DNA from: Schmidtea polychroa
Lineage: Eukaryota
Assembly: GCA_044892525.1 (NCBI GenBank)
Contig: CM097887.1
Location: 105,812,397 to 105,876,396, forward strand
Length of the DNA stretch: 64,000 nucleotides
Direction of reading: 5' to 3'
Shown here: piece by piece, positions 37,901 through 51,260 of the stretch
Layout: every line of letters begins with the position of its first letter
Position numbering within the stretch: the stretch's first letter is position 1
Made by a program: the position numbers and the translations under genes
Notes under the pieces: generated by a model
Seen by the model: only the letters and a program-made list of their open reading frames with translations
Databases searched by the model: none
What the model was told of the DNA's origin: nothing

Positions 37901-40900
37901 TGGATTAAATCTCTCTTTGACAACCAAGCTCGAACGCATCTCTGAATTCTAATAGCGGCTTTACTTTTTCGATATAACTGCTGTCTCGTAATTAGTTGAC
38001 GCCGTTCTCTATGACCCCTCCAAACAGACTGAATAGTAGTAGCTGCTTCTTGTTTCGTCTTTTCTAAATGTTTAAACACAATTGGTGCTGGTAGTGTTTC
38101 CATTAACAAAACTTCAGCTTCCAATTTACTACGAAATTTTCTTTGCCTTGTAATGGAAATTTGATGTTCTAATTCTTTACGAATTCTCAAAGTATTTTGT
38201 TCTTTGATTTCTCTTAGTTTTCTTGATCTATAATTTCTCTGTAAGAATTAAATTTGTTTACTATATTTGCTAATGATCCTAACTTGAAATTTTTCAAATG
38301 CTTTGTTAGTCTTAGCTAACTTTAATCGAACAGCGACACTTCTCCACCATGACTGGATTTTGATGATCGCCCATAAATTAGTTGACATTTCGGCTTGATA
38401 AATTAAATCTGAATCCAGCATTTTTAGCAAAAGCCGAAAGTTTTGAGAAAATAAACTCGAGAATCCAACTTTTAAAGTTGAATTTTGAGACATTGACCAT
38501 TTGAGAATAAGCAATTTCAACCCTTTGTAACGAAAGTGAATCATGGAGACAAGCGATTGATCTGCTTCAAACATCGTTAGAAGGCAACTAATTGATAATA
38601 ATTAAGGTATAGCGAAATTATCGAACTAAGTATAAGAACTTATTTATTAGAAATTAGAAAGTACGAAAACAAATAATAAATCACAAAAAATAAATCATAG
38701 TTCAGACTGACGTCCGCATTAAATACTTTTCAATGTTAAAGACATTTCTTGGCTTTGAGGTATACGCACTAAAATAGTTTTGCTATAATCTTTCGCAAAA
38801 CAAAATTAGACTTTCAATATTTGAACGATTAGATTAGAACGATTATATTCCATTTCCAAATTGAATCTCTTATATGCAGACAATTAGTACGATTCACTCA
38901 TGTGACATCTTTTGCAAGTGTAAAAAAAATGTACCCGCACACAATCAACTCAAAATAGTCTTTATTTCGCATCTTGATTTGTACGAATTAAACCGGATGT
39001 ATTTAGCATTTATTCTATGATCCTAACTACATGGCCTAATAAGTATGTATGCATGTATCGAGTAGTGTCTACAGTTGTCTGTTTATAGCATATTGAATTT
39101 GGAAATTATGTATTGTTAATAAGACACGTTCGTCATTTTAACCAAGTACTGTTAATATTTTAATAAGGTTGAGTAGTTGGTTATCCATTGACATTTGCAG
39201 TTTTAACTGAATTTTATATGAAATTTTTCAATACATGTAATTAAAGCGGTTTTCATAATTTAATCGACAAAAAACTATTATTCGTGAATTTTTCAAAAGT
39301 AAACCATTAAAATTAAAACAATCATTATCCTTAATAAATATATTGTATAGATCCCAGTAAAAATAAGGATAAAAATAAAAGTAGCGATTAAAAAATAGTA
39401 GAATTAAGATGAGTAGAGTAAAATAGTAACAATATCAAAATCGAAGGAAAATAGTACCTTATATATGAACAAAATTATTCCATAGATAAAATAATAGCAG
39501 TGCCGAAAAAATATAATTTTTTTATATAACTAAATAAACTGTAAATAAAAAATCCTGAATGGTTTGTAGCAGCATAAATAAAATGTTAAACAAGAAAATG
39601 ACAAAATTTGCCTTTGCTACAAAATATTTTCAATCGATTTTTTTATAATCGAAAATTTTCACACTCAATAAATATTTTGCAGCTTATGCTTATTTTATCA
39701 ATTACTTGTTTAACCCATTACCTCCCACTGTACTCACATGAGTACACTTGTTAAAGGCGTGATTTTATGTTTTTCTATAATGATTATCCTAGAAGTAGTG
39801 ACCCATTTCAACAATATATGGCACTAGTAATCTACGAAAAAATGCAATAAGGCGGCAACGCAATGATAACCGTTATTAATGTCAGTTGGTTTGTAAATAT
39901 TTCCTTTTTGGCGTTAATGGGTTAATAAATAAATTTTAATGTATAACTAAATTAAAATGAAAAATATGAGTTCATAAACATTTGTGGAACTTCTTCATCT
40001 TTGGAAGAGATATGTGAAGGAAAATGGCTTATATATATTAAGAAATGAGCTATTGTTGGAGTATGTAACTGTATTAAATGTAGCCAATGTTTTAGTAACT
40101 CAGAACTTCTTGATCCAATTATAATACCTTAATTAATACCTACAAGACATGAGAAGAGAACCAAAGAAGAGTTTCCGAAAGATGCTCAAAGATTCAATAT
40201 TTGATTCTATTTGAAAACAATAAAGAAATAAAGAAAAAAGTAGAAGAACTCGAAAAATTATAAGAAACTTTTCTAATTTTTTTTTATTATGAAATAATAA
40301 ATTTTCGTAAATTGATAATTAAAACAAAAACTTACTTAACATTTATTTCTATCAATTGCTTATTATCACTGCTAGCTAAATGGTATATGATTTCATCAAG
40401 AATTGTCGACACTACGTTGCCAATTCCTTTCACTGTTGACTTGGTGATCTTTTTGAGCCCGCTCGGATTGATCTTGATAAGTTTCATTAACCATTCAGTC
40501 ATTAGCATGGAAATTTTATCATTGTCAGTAATAAAAAGTTGAAGAAACCACGGAGACTCAATCATTGTTGATACATAATCAGAAAATCTAACAAGGAAAC
40601 TTTCCGACAATTCCAGCACCCCTTTCATTTCTTTCAATAATTCCACCGAATTCATTATTCCTCGATATTCTGGTACTAGAGATTCGTTAAAGTTTCCTTG
40701 CAATTGACGAAGAAAGCACATCACATTTTCAATAAATTCAGGAATGAATCTATTATGAATTTCGTTCTCCTCGGATCTATTTTGTGGGACAACTCGAGAT
40801 AAAATATCATAAATTGTATGAACTATGCAAAATCCATCTTTCCATGATTTCGGTTCAACATTTGTGTAATCTCTTTTGATCTCCAATAACATGATTGGCA

Positions 40901-41063
40901 GAAGATTTCTTCTCCAAATTGTCGTGAAAGCTTCAATGGCTTCTTGGCCGTCTAGGATAGACTCAAGATATCTGTTCAGCTCAATAAGAATTTTTGAATA
41001 ATTTGAATCATTAGAGGCTAAAATTTTCTTTGCAATCTCAATAACAAATTCATCGTCTTTCAT
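34915..41063 (-). CDS. IQCB1: IQ calmodulin-binding motif protein 1 / nephrocystin-5, ~647 aa. Exons 41063-40336, 38587-38284, 38238-37678, 35265-34915
   Basis: HFRYKGLKLLILKW; IQ motifs IKIQSWWRS, TTIQSVWRGHRERR and IRIQRCVRAWL; PGLNMERK; LELHHKAQ; terminal QPWWKQL all parallel vertebrate NPHP5. The four exons join in frame (1944 nt) with GT-AG introns. Confidence 0.9.
36730..36963. mobile_element. piggyBac-type MITE in an IQCB1 intron
   Basis: TTAA flanks; imperfect ends CCCTTTCATTCGG / CCGTATAAAAGGA. Confidence 0.55.
37100..37477. mobile_element. hAT (Charlie-like) MITE, 378 bp, in an IQCB1 intron
   Basis: Perfect TIR CAGTGTTGTCCAAACT and perfect 8-bp TSD ATTTAGAT. Confidence 0.93.
39714..39921. 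mobile_element. piggyBac-type MITE (208 bp) in IQCB1 intron 1
   Basis: TTAA|CCCATTACCTCC ... GGCGTTAATGGG|TTAA. Confidence 0.7.
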
Positions 41064-43553
41064 TGTTAAAACTGAACAAATTGTTAAAGAGGTCAGATAT
41101 TAATGGAAAATTTTATACACCATCCGAACATTTTTAATAATAAAAGTTGAAATTAAATGTTAATTGGTCGCGTAAGGTCACAAGGTGTTCAATTGCTCTT
41201 TAAAGTTCCCATGGTTCTCTGTCAAAAAAACAACAACGAATCATACTTCCTAAAAATGTGAAAGGTCCAGGGTACTTGTTTCATCGGTCCGCAATTTGTT
41301 GTGTTTGGAACGAAAATATAATTTATTAAGTATAGGGAAGGTTAAGTAGTGTTTTGAATATAACATATGTCTGTAGGAGAAATTGTATCGGTGGTCCAGA
41401 ATAAATGGATTACATAATAATTAACATCAATGAAACAGTTCTTGAACCTCTGAATTTAACGGTCTGCGAACAGGTTTTCGTCAATCCAACTGTTGCCGTA
41501 TGACCTCCCATAACTATATTATTGCGTAAAAGTGTCTACATATACCTCATAGAGATATTTGTTCCATTCAATGATCGTAGATTTATAAATGTTTAATTCA
41601 TTTACACAGATCTTAATACTAGTCAGTGCATTTTTCCAAAATTCCAGTGCCTGAAAGGTAACTTCAATCCATATGTCAATAAACTACGTCGTACAAGAAT
41701 AGTTTCTATACAACCCTAAAAACTGCGATGTCCATAATCTTGAACATTTGACAATAACATTGTACCGTGTTAATAATGTAAAGTTTTTGATAAAAATGAC
41801 TATAGGAAATTTATTCTCTTTTATGAAATCTATTATAGAGTCCAGTGAACCTTACACGACTACATAATATTGATTAATTAGTTTAAAAATTTAAAGAAAA
41901 ATTAATTAAAATCTCCGTATTTTCGAATAATAATAAAAGTTTTAATCTGTGAAATAATTTTATAACAATTTGCTCTAAATATTAATTATTATAACTATTA
42001 ATTGGTTTCATCGATAAAGGCGCCCACAAAAACGGCACCATCAAAAACAGCGCGTTAAAAAATGGCCCCAACACATAAAAGAAAGTATGGGGGTGCAGCG
42101 GTTGCAAAGTTAAGTTTAGTAAATGTTAATTATTTTTTATGTATTGTTTATTTTTTATTATGTTTTATGTACTTTTTCCATATTTTTTTGTTTCTGTATT
42201 GTTTTTGTATTATTTTATTAATGAAAAAAATACAGATGAATTTTTTTAGTTTCTAATACAGAAATTAGTACAAAAATTAAGTATTTTTTTAAAAGGACGT
42301 TGAGGGCCCCAAAAAAATATTTGCACCCGGGCCCATTCATGGAGAAGGCCGGCCCTGCAGGCAGGCTTTGATTTTTTCCACGATCATTATATTATTTTTA
42401 TGAAATCTAATTTAATGGACATATATGAATTAGAAATGGGGAATAATCAAAAAACTGCCTGATATTATTTCTTTTTATACTTTGGTACCGTTTTGTGCAC
42501 GATATTATTAGTGAATACTCTATTTATTATTGTGTTAATTTTTAATATAATTGTTTTATTTTAATTTTATTATTTTGGTTTTATATTTAATTACTATTAA
42601 ATGGTTAATAGAAATTTTCATTAAAGTTTGATTATATCAATTTTTAATAATTAAATTTTAATTTAAATTAAATTTAAATTTATCGTACAACAGGTTTTAC
42701 ACCTATTTTAAAAGACTGCTTTTTACCGGTTTAGAGTTAATGCGATTATCATGAGGAAATTTATTATTATATTATTCTACCTCAATTGCCCTATAACAGA
42801 TGTCACTCAATGTGCAAGTGCATAAAGAAATTGGAAGTACATAAATATTATTTATTAACTACTTTAGTCAAAATTTGTGTTTTAACCATTTAACATTATA
42901 TAATAGAAAACTTAGAAAGGAAAAAAATAAATTAAATAATTAACAAAACATTAAGAATTAATCATTAAGAACAGATTATTACTTGGAGGACCGGTACTAA
43001 TTTTTTTAGTAATATTTTATTTAATATTTATCAATTATTTTCAAATATATTATGCTGGAATCATAATTTTCTATAATCTCGCTTGTAATATGACTTTATA
43101 AAAATAATTATTTTTTTATATAGCACTGTGGCTAATCCATTACTAGAAATAATGAATAATATAAAAGATTTTATTATTAAAAAATACTCAATTATATAAA
43201 TAAATTTTTCTTAAATGCAAAATTTTTAATATGAAAATTTCAAAAATTTCAATTTAAGAACCGAAAATATGGAGAAATTAATTAAATAAAATCTCTTTAT
43301 CATGAATATTTTAATATTGAATTTAAATTATTTAAAATTAAATTATTTCATTAAAACAAAAGCCCTTAGTAAATTCATTTCAAACAAATATCAAAAAATT
43401 CGAAAAAAGATTTCTAAATTTTATTTAAATAAACAGCACTGAAAGATCAACTAAAAGATCAAATGAAATCTATTTACACTAAACATGATATCGATCGGTC
43501 AAAGTTCTTGAAAAATATGTGGAAAATAATTGGGAAAAAAGTCATTGTAGGTC

Positions 43554-45560
43554 CTAATCTGAGTATTGAAAAATAAGTAAGGATTTATTTTGAATTTCCA
43601 GATTTCTGATTGGTTGTTCCATTTGTTCTTCGGTATACATTTTCGGACCCCCCGATACTGCCGCATTCAAGCATTGGAGATAATCAATGTCAAGTCGTTC
43701 TTTATTTTCGATTCCCAGAACTGTGATTAATTCTTTAAGATTTGTCGACTGATCTTTGATTTCTTTCACAACTTTCAGGCCACTGGGAAACCTAATAGCG
43801 AGCACCAAATCCGGATCTGATATTGAGATTTCAGAAACATCATTCGATAGATTTATTAAATTATTGTTTTTTTCATTCTTTATTGACACAGTGTCGCTAT
43901 CGTCAGATAATGATTTCTGAATATATCTGGTTAAATGATGCCGGACAATCATTTGTGAAAGCCGACAATTTTGAATTATTTTAAAAATTATTTTGCACGT
44001 CTTTATTTTATAACAGACTGTGAGATGTTTAATTTTAAAATGTTGAATCTCAAAAATGTTAAATGGTAAATATTAAATAAAAATTTATTAAATTTAAATG
44101 AAAATTAATTGAATATAATTTTAAATGATGAGGAGTAACTTTATAAGCAATATATTTAAAATAATAAAAACTAGTATTGTGTTGAATGAATTAATGAAAT
44201 CTTTGTTGATCACATATATATTTGAGTCTCCCTGAACTTTGTGATTAAAAGTAAATACTATATTAATCAAATTTCTCAATTATGGATGTTTTAAATACGA
44301 GGAGTTCCGAAAAAACAGTAACCCTAATAAATACCTTGCCATTGTTTAGATACTATCTATTTAATATAAAACAATTAAATGATAATTTCAGATTTGGTTT
44401 AATTGCAACTGGAAGACAACTTACTAAAATTAAGAGAAAACTTTCAACCATTTATGGTTCACGTTCAAAAAGAAGCAAGACGGTGCTTAATATTAATGAT
44501 CATATGCCAATAGAATCAGTCGGCCGTAGAAGGTGTGTAAATTATTCAACATTAAAAATTGAGAAAAGAAAATTTATTTGTCCTGTCTGCCAAGTGCCTC
44601 TCATTTTTAATCATATTTAACTCCATTTTATAATTAATTAAAATATATTTTAATTTTACTTTTTTAATTTTTAACTTTTTAATTTTAATTTTTTTCAATC
44701 CTCCATTAATTATAATGTACCGTTGAGACAGGTAATCCCATTATAAAATACCAATAACCCACATTTTTTTAGACGTAAGTTTTTTTCCAGGAAATTTTCC
44801 TGTAATCTTTATTGTTAATTTAATATCTGGTTAGTCAAATAACTTGATTTAAGAAAAAATAGTCTGGGACCCAAAAGAATAAATATATAATTTGGTCTAG
44901 AGATTTCATGGGTTTATATCTACCATAATATTACTGTTGACAGAAACATAGTCAGAAACATTCTATAACATTTTAAAGTTACATATTAAAGAAATATATA
45001 TTTATGGCAATTTTAAAACCTGAGTATTTTAACAATGTTGAATTTACTTTTATCAATTTCAAATATATTTCATTATTTTAAAATCTAATTTGAAATTACA
45101 ATTTTCATATTTTAATTTTATTTTTGATTATGAATGAATGTTTTAAATATAAAAAATTGAGTTGAGGAAACGGTAAATTGAAACTGAACAAAAATGGGGA
45201 AAAAGATAAATAATTTTACTGATAAATTGAAATTATCGTGAAAAATATATCAGTTTGATTAGTATCAGTTATCAGTTCAAAAGGAAATCTTGATTTTATT
45301 ATGGTTATTAATTAAATACATTCAAAATTGTAGGCCTTATTTAATATATCAAAACGTACTATATCCGGAAGTATTGGATATTTCGAACGCAAAGATAGTC
45401 TTGCTGAATCAATCGAACTTTGTGAACTGCTGCTTCTTTCTTCAGGAGAAATATTTCCTAATTGATTAGTTGAAGTTTTAAAATTTTGATTTACAATTAT
45501 TTTAAAATTAATTTTTAATTTTTATTATTACACCTCTTTTATAGCCATAGATGTGAGAAA
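43554..45560 (-). CDS. UBXN10: UBX-domain protein, UBXN10-like, partial. Probable exons 45560-45534, 45457-45360, 43916-43554; 5' exons unresolved
   Basis: C-terminal ubiquitin-like UBX fold (DPDLVLAIRFPSG...IRNLEIQNKSLL) plus upstream SLRSKYPILPDI, resembling UBXN10 SLNKYPVLPSI. GT-AG junctions keep the frame. Orthology assignment is from recalled similarity only. Confidence 0.6.
44282..44620 (+). mobile_element. piggyBac transposase C-terminal cysteine-rich-domain remnant (inside the UBX gene intron, opposite strand)
   Basis: FRFGLIATG...HMPIESVGRRRCVNYSTLKIEKRKFICPVCQVPL resembles the piggyBac CRD; Cys residues partly lost. Confidence 0.7.
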
Positions 45561-46500
45561 CTATAGATTTTAGTGATTCTATTAATTTTTTAAGCAATAA
45601 GCTGAGAAATTTAAATTATAAGATCGTGTCTAATTCATTTAAAGTACACAATATGTTTATAATTATGTCTAAAAATTAGGTCAAATTGTGTTCAGATCTT
45701 GAAGTAATGTCACACGCACTGGAGAGACTTCCGGGCATCTCTGTATTCAAGTACGTGAACATTGTCAACTGAAGTGATCGATCAATATTGATGAGTACAA
45801 TTACAGCTCTACGAGTAAAATAGACATATCTGATTTTAAAATGTTATTAAAAATATTTCATAATTATTTCATGTAATTTGTGAAGCTTTATTGATAGAAT
45901 CATTGAATCCGAAAATTAAAGTGCAAAATGCTATGGACACTTGTTTAAAATATTTTTAAATACATTGGATTGTAGATTGTTGGTAAGCGGATTATTTTTG
46001 TCATTAAATATATTTAATATAAATTAAAAAATAATTTATTAATTAAATTAAATTTTAAAAAATATGGTTTTGAAAAATAATAAAATTTCTTTATTAAATC
46101 TATAATATCTAAAGTTGTTCTATCCTACTTGATGATGATAGGAAAACTGTCAAAAAAAATTGTAAAACGAACGTTTGAGTGGCGTTTTCATATCATTGAT
46201 TTTCATATCATTGGTTTTACAATCTGAAGTATTTAAAGCTGATTAAAAATAATATTTACCAGGTATCAAGATTACTCAAATTTTTATTTTTATTTATAAT
46301 TAAAATTTCACAATTTTTATAAAAAGTATTGGTCAATCATGAATAAATTGGGTAATAAAGTTTTATTATTTATTGTAGAAAATTGCTATTTGTTTTAAAT
46401 AATCATAAGATTTAATAAGTTAGCGACTAACTTAGAAAAGTATTATTTCATTGAAGTTTTTTTTAATAATTTTTATTTATACTTATTGATGAAAATGTAG

Positions 46501-46744
<244 letters not shown>

Positions 46745-47290
46745 TAAGTAATAAAGCAACTTTTAAAATAAAATAAATAGTTTTTTAAAAGATTTTAGTT
46801 AAGATGATTTTTAACAGCAAATGAATACAGAACGTTGACAGTACAGTTAATTAAAATTAGTTCTTAAAAATGTGGATAAAAATAAATATAGAGTCAACAG
46901 AACATTTTTGTATAAAATCAAAAATGTGTTATCATTATGAGTTGTCAAAATTGTTTTTAAGAGATTTATAAAGTATGTATTAGGTCAAATGTGGGCAAAT
47001 TAAACACAGAAGGAGCCAGAAAAAGACTAGAAAAGAATTGTTTTGCCTTACTTTCTTAATAAAGTCATTATAGGCGTAAAAGAGAAAAAACATGTCGTCC
47101 GTTTAAAGGGCATATAAATGATAGATAATTAAAAAAAGATGAATAATAAAAGTATTTTAAGAGAAAATCGCTGAAGCAAGTAGAAACGAATGAAATAAGT
47201 GTATAACCAATAATTTTGGCATAATTGAAAGTTGTAATGAATATAATACATTGTAGTACCTCCGGTTTGTAAATTTTTATATTATATTAT

Positions 47291-47296
<6 letters not shown>

Positions 47297-47375
<79 letters not shown>
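47297..47375. repeat. Compound (TC)n(TA)n microsatellite (left flank of the transposon)
   Basis: Direct read. Confidence 0.95.
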
Positions 47376-47378
<3 letters not shown>

Positions 47379-50300
47379 GGTGGGTCGAATGTTAATAAAT
47401 TTTGAGTTCAAGAAAGGAAACATGGTTAAAAAGTTGTATTTTGGTATAGAAAAATCGAATCAAACCATTTTACTTAGATTTATGGACATTTACTGCTCCC
47501 AACTTTTCTCCGAAAATGCAGTTCAACATAAGTGTGAAAACAATGTAATTTGGCTAGTGTCGGAATGTGTTTTGCGCCTTTGTCCATATTTAGATGTAGC
47601 TTTCTTAAGAGCTTATAAGTATATTATTTACTCTTTTGGGCTGAGATAGTATATTCTGTGTCCTCATCCCGCATTGAAATATATCCTGACAACGTCAGTG
47701 ATTAGGAAGGGCCAAATTTGAATTATCCTTTTCAAAGACAAAAATCAACTTTCGAAATTATTTTTTATTAAAAACATCCAGCCAAAAGTTTAGAAATGTA
47801 TTAGCGAGGGCATAAAAAGAAGTCACATGAAATCAGCTTTGCTTTGCACCTTGGGCAATTCCTTCCTTGATTTTTTACACAGTAGTACCATACCATGTCT
47901 GGACTTGTGACCAAACACTTTGCAACTGGCAGAAGAAACATCTTTGATGGCTCTTTCAACGGCTTGAGAATGACAGGGAAATTGTTCTAATGTAATTTTC
48001 TTATTCATCTTCAATTCATGATCCAATATATGAGATAAAAGAGGGGGAGGCGTCAAATTACATTTTGTCCAGTCAATCATGTCAGCATATGATGTAGCAG
48101 ACGACTGAAGAAAGACAGTATTCTTGTCCATAGTGCGAATCACTTCGGAAGGGAGAAAATTTTGTCTTGCAGTTATGATTTTTTCTGTTGCAAACTTTCT
48201 GATTTCTTCATCATCATCACCAACAGCAGCTAGGAGTATATTTTCTGGATGTGAGAAGTAATTGTTGTTCTGAATGACAGGAAAGATGATTTCTTGGTCT
48301 GATGGATCCAAATCCTGCAGAAGTTGGAGCATATAAAAAATATTTCTTGCACCATCTTGGCATGACGAGTGAATCTTTATATAAAACCATGACGGTCCAT
48401 AGAAATTGACAATAAATTTCACTATTCGCATGAGAGGTTCAGATGGAGCAGTTTCGGACATATATAGTCGCAGAATTCTATTAGCTTTCGTTAGCCAGCG
48501 ACTGTGATTCAAATTTCCTGGTTGTGCCATTTGTAGAAAAGGGACATCCTTGTTGTTGTGGTACCCTTTCTGGACTGCCAAGCATACTCTGAGGAAATAC
48601 AATTGATCAGTGTTCAATTCTTTCTTGACATTTTCACTAATATCTACGACCTTTCCAGGAAGGGACATAAAGGCTACTACGGGCTTGTCTTTTGGATCAA
48701 AATCAAGAACGCTTCCTATTTCACCACATGACGTTTTTGGACCTTTTGTTTCTCCACCATCGACGACTGAAAAATACTTCCTGAATGGCAATTCATTTGC
48801 ATGCAACAAGCATATCAGCCATTGTAGAGGTCGCCCTAGGCTTTTTTCGAGTCTTCTGATTATTCCATTATTTTTTCCGGTGTTTGTATTGGTTCCATCG
48901 CACACAATTGCTTGAAGGGTCAGTGAGGACTGCGTGCTAACGATGATTGACATGATTTCTTTGCCAATATCCACAGCTTTACTACTTTGAGGTACAACAT
49001 GATCGATATATGTATCCCCTGGAAAGGCGACAATCACATAATGCTCCTCTTTTAGGATCCTTCTATGAAGTAAGGTGGAATCTTGTTTCCCGTCGAAACC
49101 GAGGCAAATCAAGTTTTTCGCTTCTGCTGAATGCTGTTCAATTTCTCTCTCCCTCCAGTACTTTCTCTGACGTCGTAATTTTGCGGGATCGATGATTGTT
49201 TGAGAGGATAACAGTTCCATATCTTTCAGAAAAGCGTTTACTAGCAAACACGTGTCTCTGTTGCTCACACCACATCTGTCAACAGCTTTACTTAATTCAG
49301 GATAATGTCTTCTATTTTGAAATTCATCACATTCTTCTACGCTTGACTCTGAGCTTTCTGTTGAATTGTCTAACTTATCTTTACTTTCATCACTAGCGGC
49401 TTCACTCTCCGTGTCACTTCTTGAGGTCGGATGTAGATCGTTAACTTCAGTGTCCATTATTTCATTTTTCATTTGTTTTCCTTTTCCTGTAGGGCTGCTT
49501 TTCGTTTGTTTTCTCTTCAATTTTGAGGTTTCCTGTCTGTCCGTATTTCCGATTTTCATGTTTCTGGTAGTTTGTTGGTCAATCCAGAACTCCCACTCTA
49601 AGGTAGGAATTTTCAAGGCCAATCGGCATGTACACTGACTTCTTCCACGAGCACCATCATTAAAACATTTGCAGCAACATATGTCAAACAATTTGGAAAA
49701 CGAGCTTAACTTATCTTGAAATTTGGCAGATGACCTCTTGCATACTGGATACTTCTCTAATTCACGCACTTTTGATATTAGTCGCTTGACACGAACCACA
49801 ATACTACTGAACTCAACAGTTGGGATACTTGCCTTCATATAAATTTCCTTCACCTTATTTGCGAGAAGAGTTGCTTGTTCGTTAAAGCCAATATGAAATT
49901 GCGTACATTTCTCATTGTAACAGTAATCACGAAACACATCCTCACAAGTAGGTAATTGGTTTCTGGGTAGTTCACAAGTTTGACCAAACAGACAATGAGG
50001 TGATTTACTTCTTGTTTTGCGAAATTGCTTATTTCTCTGTCCCTTCATAACTGCTCTTCTGTACTCAGCTCTGGCAAAATAAAAGTGAATCATCAAGTTA
50101 ACTTTTTTAATTAGGTCCAGCAAACACTTGACATCCAATCGAAACAAATTAAATTATCTGAGTTTAGACTGACTAGTAGTATCCATGTGGATTATGTGTT
50201 GACTGTAGTGTGTGTGTTAGTATTGTTCAGAAGAAATTGTCTTTGTGAGTGCTTGTGTGAAGGTGCTTCCGTGAATTAACCTCTCTATACATGCACGCGT

Positions 50301-50543
50301 TAGCTTGGACTTGTGAATAGAGCATGTCAAAAATGGTCTTTCTGCAAGCGTGTGACTGCTTGCAGGATGAATTTACAATGGCACGTGTGCGAGCATTTTT
50401 ACTGGGATAGTACTAATACATACAAACAAAAGTTGGGACCTGTAAACCCTTTTAAACAGCAGTCTTTTGCAGGGATATTTCATTTTCTACCATAAGCACA
50501 ACTTTTTAGGCATGTTTGGAGAAAAAAAAATTTTCGACCCACC

Positions 50544-50546
<3 letters not shown>
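47376..50546 (-). mobile_element. Apparently intact 3171-bp hAT-superfamily DNA transposon (hATm-like)
   Basis: 14-bp perfect TIR TAGGGTGGGTCGAA; 8-bp flanks ATATATAT both sides (within a microsatellite); single long transposase ORF inside. The hATm label rests on recalled TAG termini and protein motifs. Confidence 0.85.
47823..50147 (-). CDS. DDE transposase, 774-aa open frame
   Basis: Uninterrupted ORF with GFDG (D), VCDGTNTNTG (D), CLLHANEL (CxxH), HSRW and HSQAVER (E) motifs. The true start is uncertain (ORF call starts at TTG; a small upstream exon is possible). Confidence 0.88.
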   Translation of the reverse strand: MFRLDVKCLLDLIKKVNLMIHFYFARAEYRRAVMKGQRNKQFRKTRSKSPHCLFGQTCELPRNQLPTCEDVFRDYCYNEKCTQFHIGFNEQATLLANKVKEIYMKASIPTVEFSSIVVRVKRLISKVRELEKYPVCKRSSAKFQDKLSSFSKLFDICCCKCFNDGARGRSQCTCRLALKIPTLEWEFWIDQQTTRNMKIGNTDRQETSKLKRKQTKSSPTGKGKQMKNEIMDTEVNDLHPTSRSDTESEAASDESKDKLDNSTESSESSVEECDEFQNRRHYPELSKAVDRCGVSNRDTCLLVNAFLKDMELLSSQTIIDPAKLRRQRKYWREREIEQHSAEAKNLICLGFDGKQDSTLLHRRILKEEHYVIVAFPGDTYIDHVVPQSSKAVDIGKEIMSIIVSTQSSLTLQAIVCDGTNTNTGKNNGIIRRLEKSLGRPLQWLICLLHANELPFRKYFSVVDGGETKGPKTSCGEIGSVLDFDPKDKPVVAFMSLPGKVVDISENVKKELNTDQLYFLRVCLAVQKGYHNNKDVPFLQMAQPGNLNHSRWLTKANRILRLYMSETAPSEPLMRIVKFIVNFYGPSWFYIKIHSSCQDGARNIFYMLQLLQDLDPSDQEIIFPVIQNNNYFSHPENILLAAVGDDDEEIRKFATEKIITARQNFLPSEVIRTMDKNTVFLQSSATSYADMIDWTKCNLTPPPLLSHILDHELKMNKKITLEQFPCHSQAVERAIKDVSSASCKVFGHKSRHGMVLLCKKSRKELPKVQSKADFM

Positions 50547-50624
<78 letters not shown>
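50547..50624. repeat. (AT)n microsatellite (right flank of the transposon)
   Basis: Direct read. Confidence 0.95.
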
Positions 50625-50629
<5 letters not shown>

Positions 50630-50724
50630 TTCTTCATAAATTTACTGATTTATAGTCTTCAAGCTCTTTGTAATAAATACTTAATGAAAATAAAATCATT
50701 GGTGAAATCTGGAAAAGAAGTATA

Positions 50725-51260
50725 TATTAGACATTTATTTTTGTTTGAATCACAAAATAGCAAAATAGAGAGTTCTTTAGACATTTAAAAATACAAAGAA
50801 GTACTTTTAGAAATCAGATAAAAAAATGGACGCAGAAATACATCATTCAAAATGTTATATCAAATAAAATATTTATTCGATCCAGTCTAATTTTATTTCT
50901 CCTCGCCAAAATTGGTGTCAGAACTGACGAAAAAGCAATGAAATCTCCGATCAAATTGGAGAAATTTTTGAAAACGTGTGCTGATGTCATGATCGTCAAC
51001 GAAAACATTATTCAAGATCTAATGAACGTTAATGTGCCTGCAGTTTCTTCATTACTTAATATATATTAAAAATAGACATTTGTTTTTGTTTGAATAACAA
51101 AAGAGACATTTCAAAATGCAAAGAAGAAAGTACTTTTAAAAATCAGATACAAAAAATGGACGTAGAAATACACCAAGCATACAAGCTCATTCAAAATGTT
51201 GTATCAAATAAAATATTTATAATTTTATAATTTATCTAATTTTATTTCTCCTCACTAAAT
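50725..51260. repeat. Local degenerate direct duplication (~180 bp; ~50725-50905 and ~51070-51255)
   Basis: Shared blocks AGACATTT...TTTGTTTGAAT, AAAATGGACG(C/T)AGAAATACA and TCAAATAAAATATTTAT. Confidence 0.7.

Noticed and set aside
39960-40210. Extra IQCB1 exon in intron 1
   Set aside because: All tested frames hit stops, and exon 1 already joins 38587 in frame with good homology.
40312-40542. Plus-strand ORF overlapping IQCB1 exon 1
   Set aside because: Antisense shadow of a real exon.
45690-45830. GC-richer exon-like segment as the UBX gene 5' exon or a separate gene
   Set aside because: Plausible splice signals fall on the opposite strand to the UBX gene and no peptide was recognisable.
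48610-49638. Plus-strand ORFs inside the transposon
   Set aside because: Antisense shadows of the transposase frame with no recognisable motifs.
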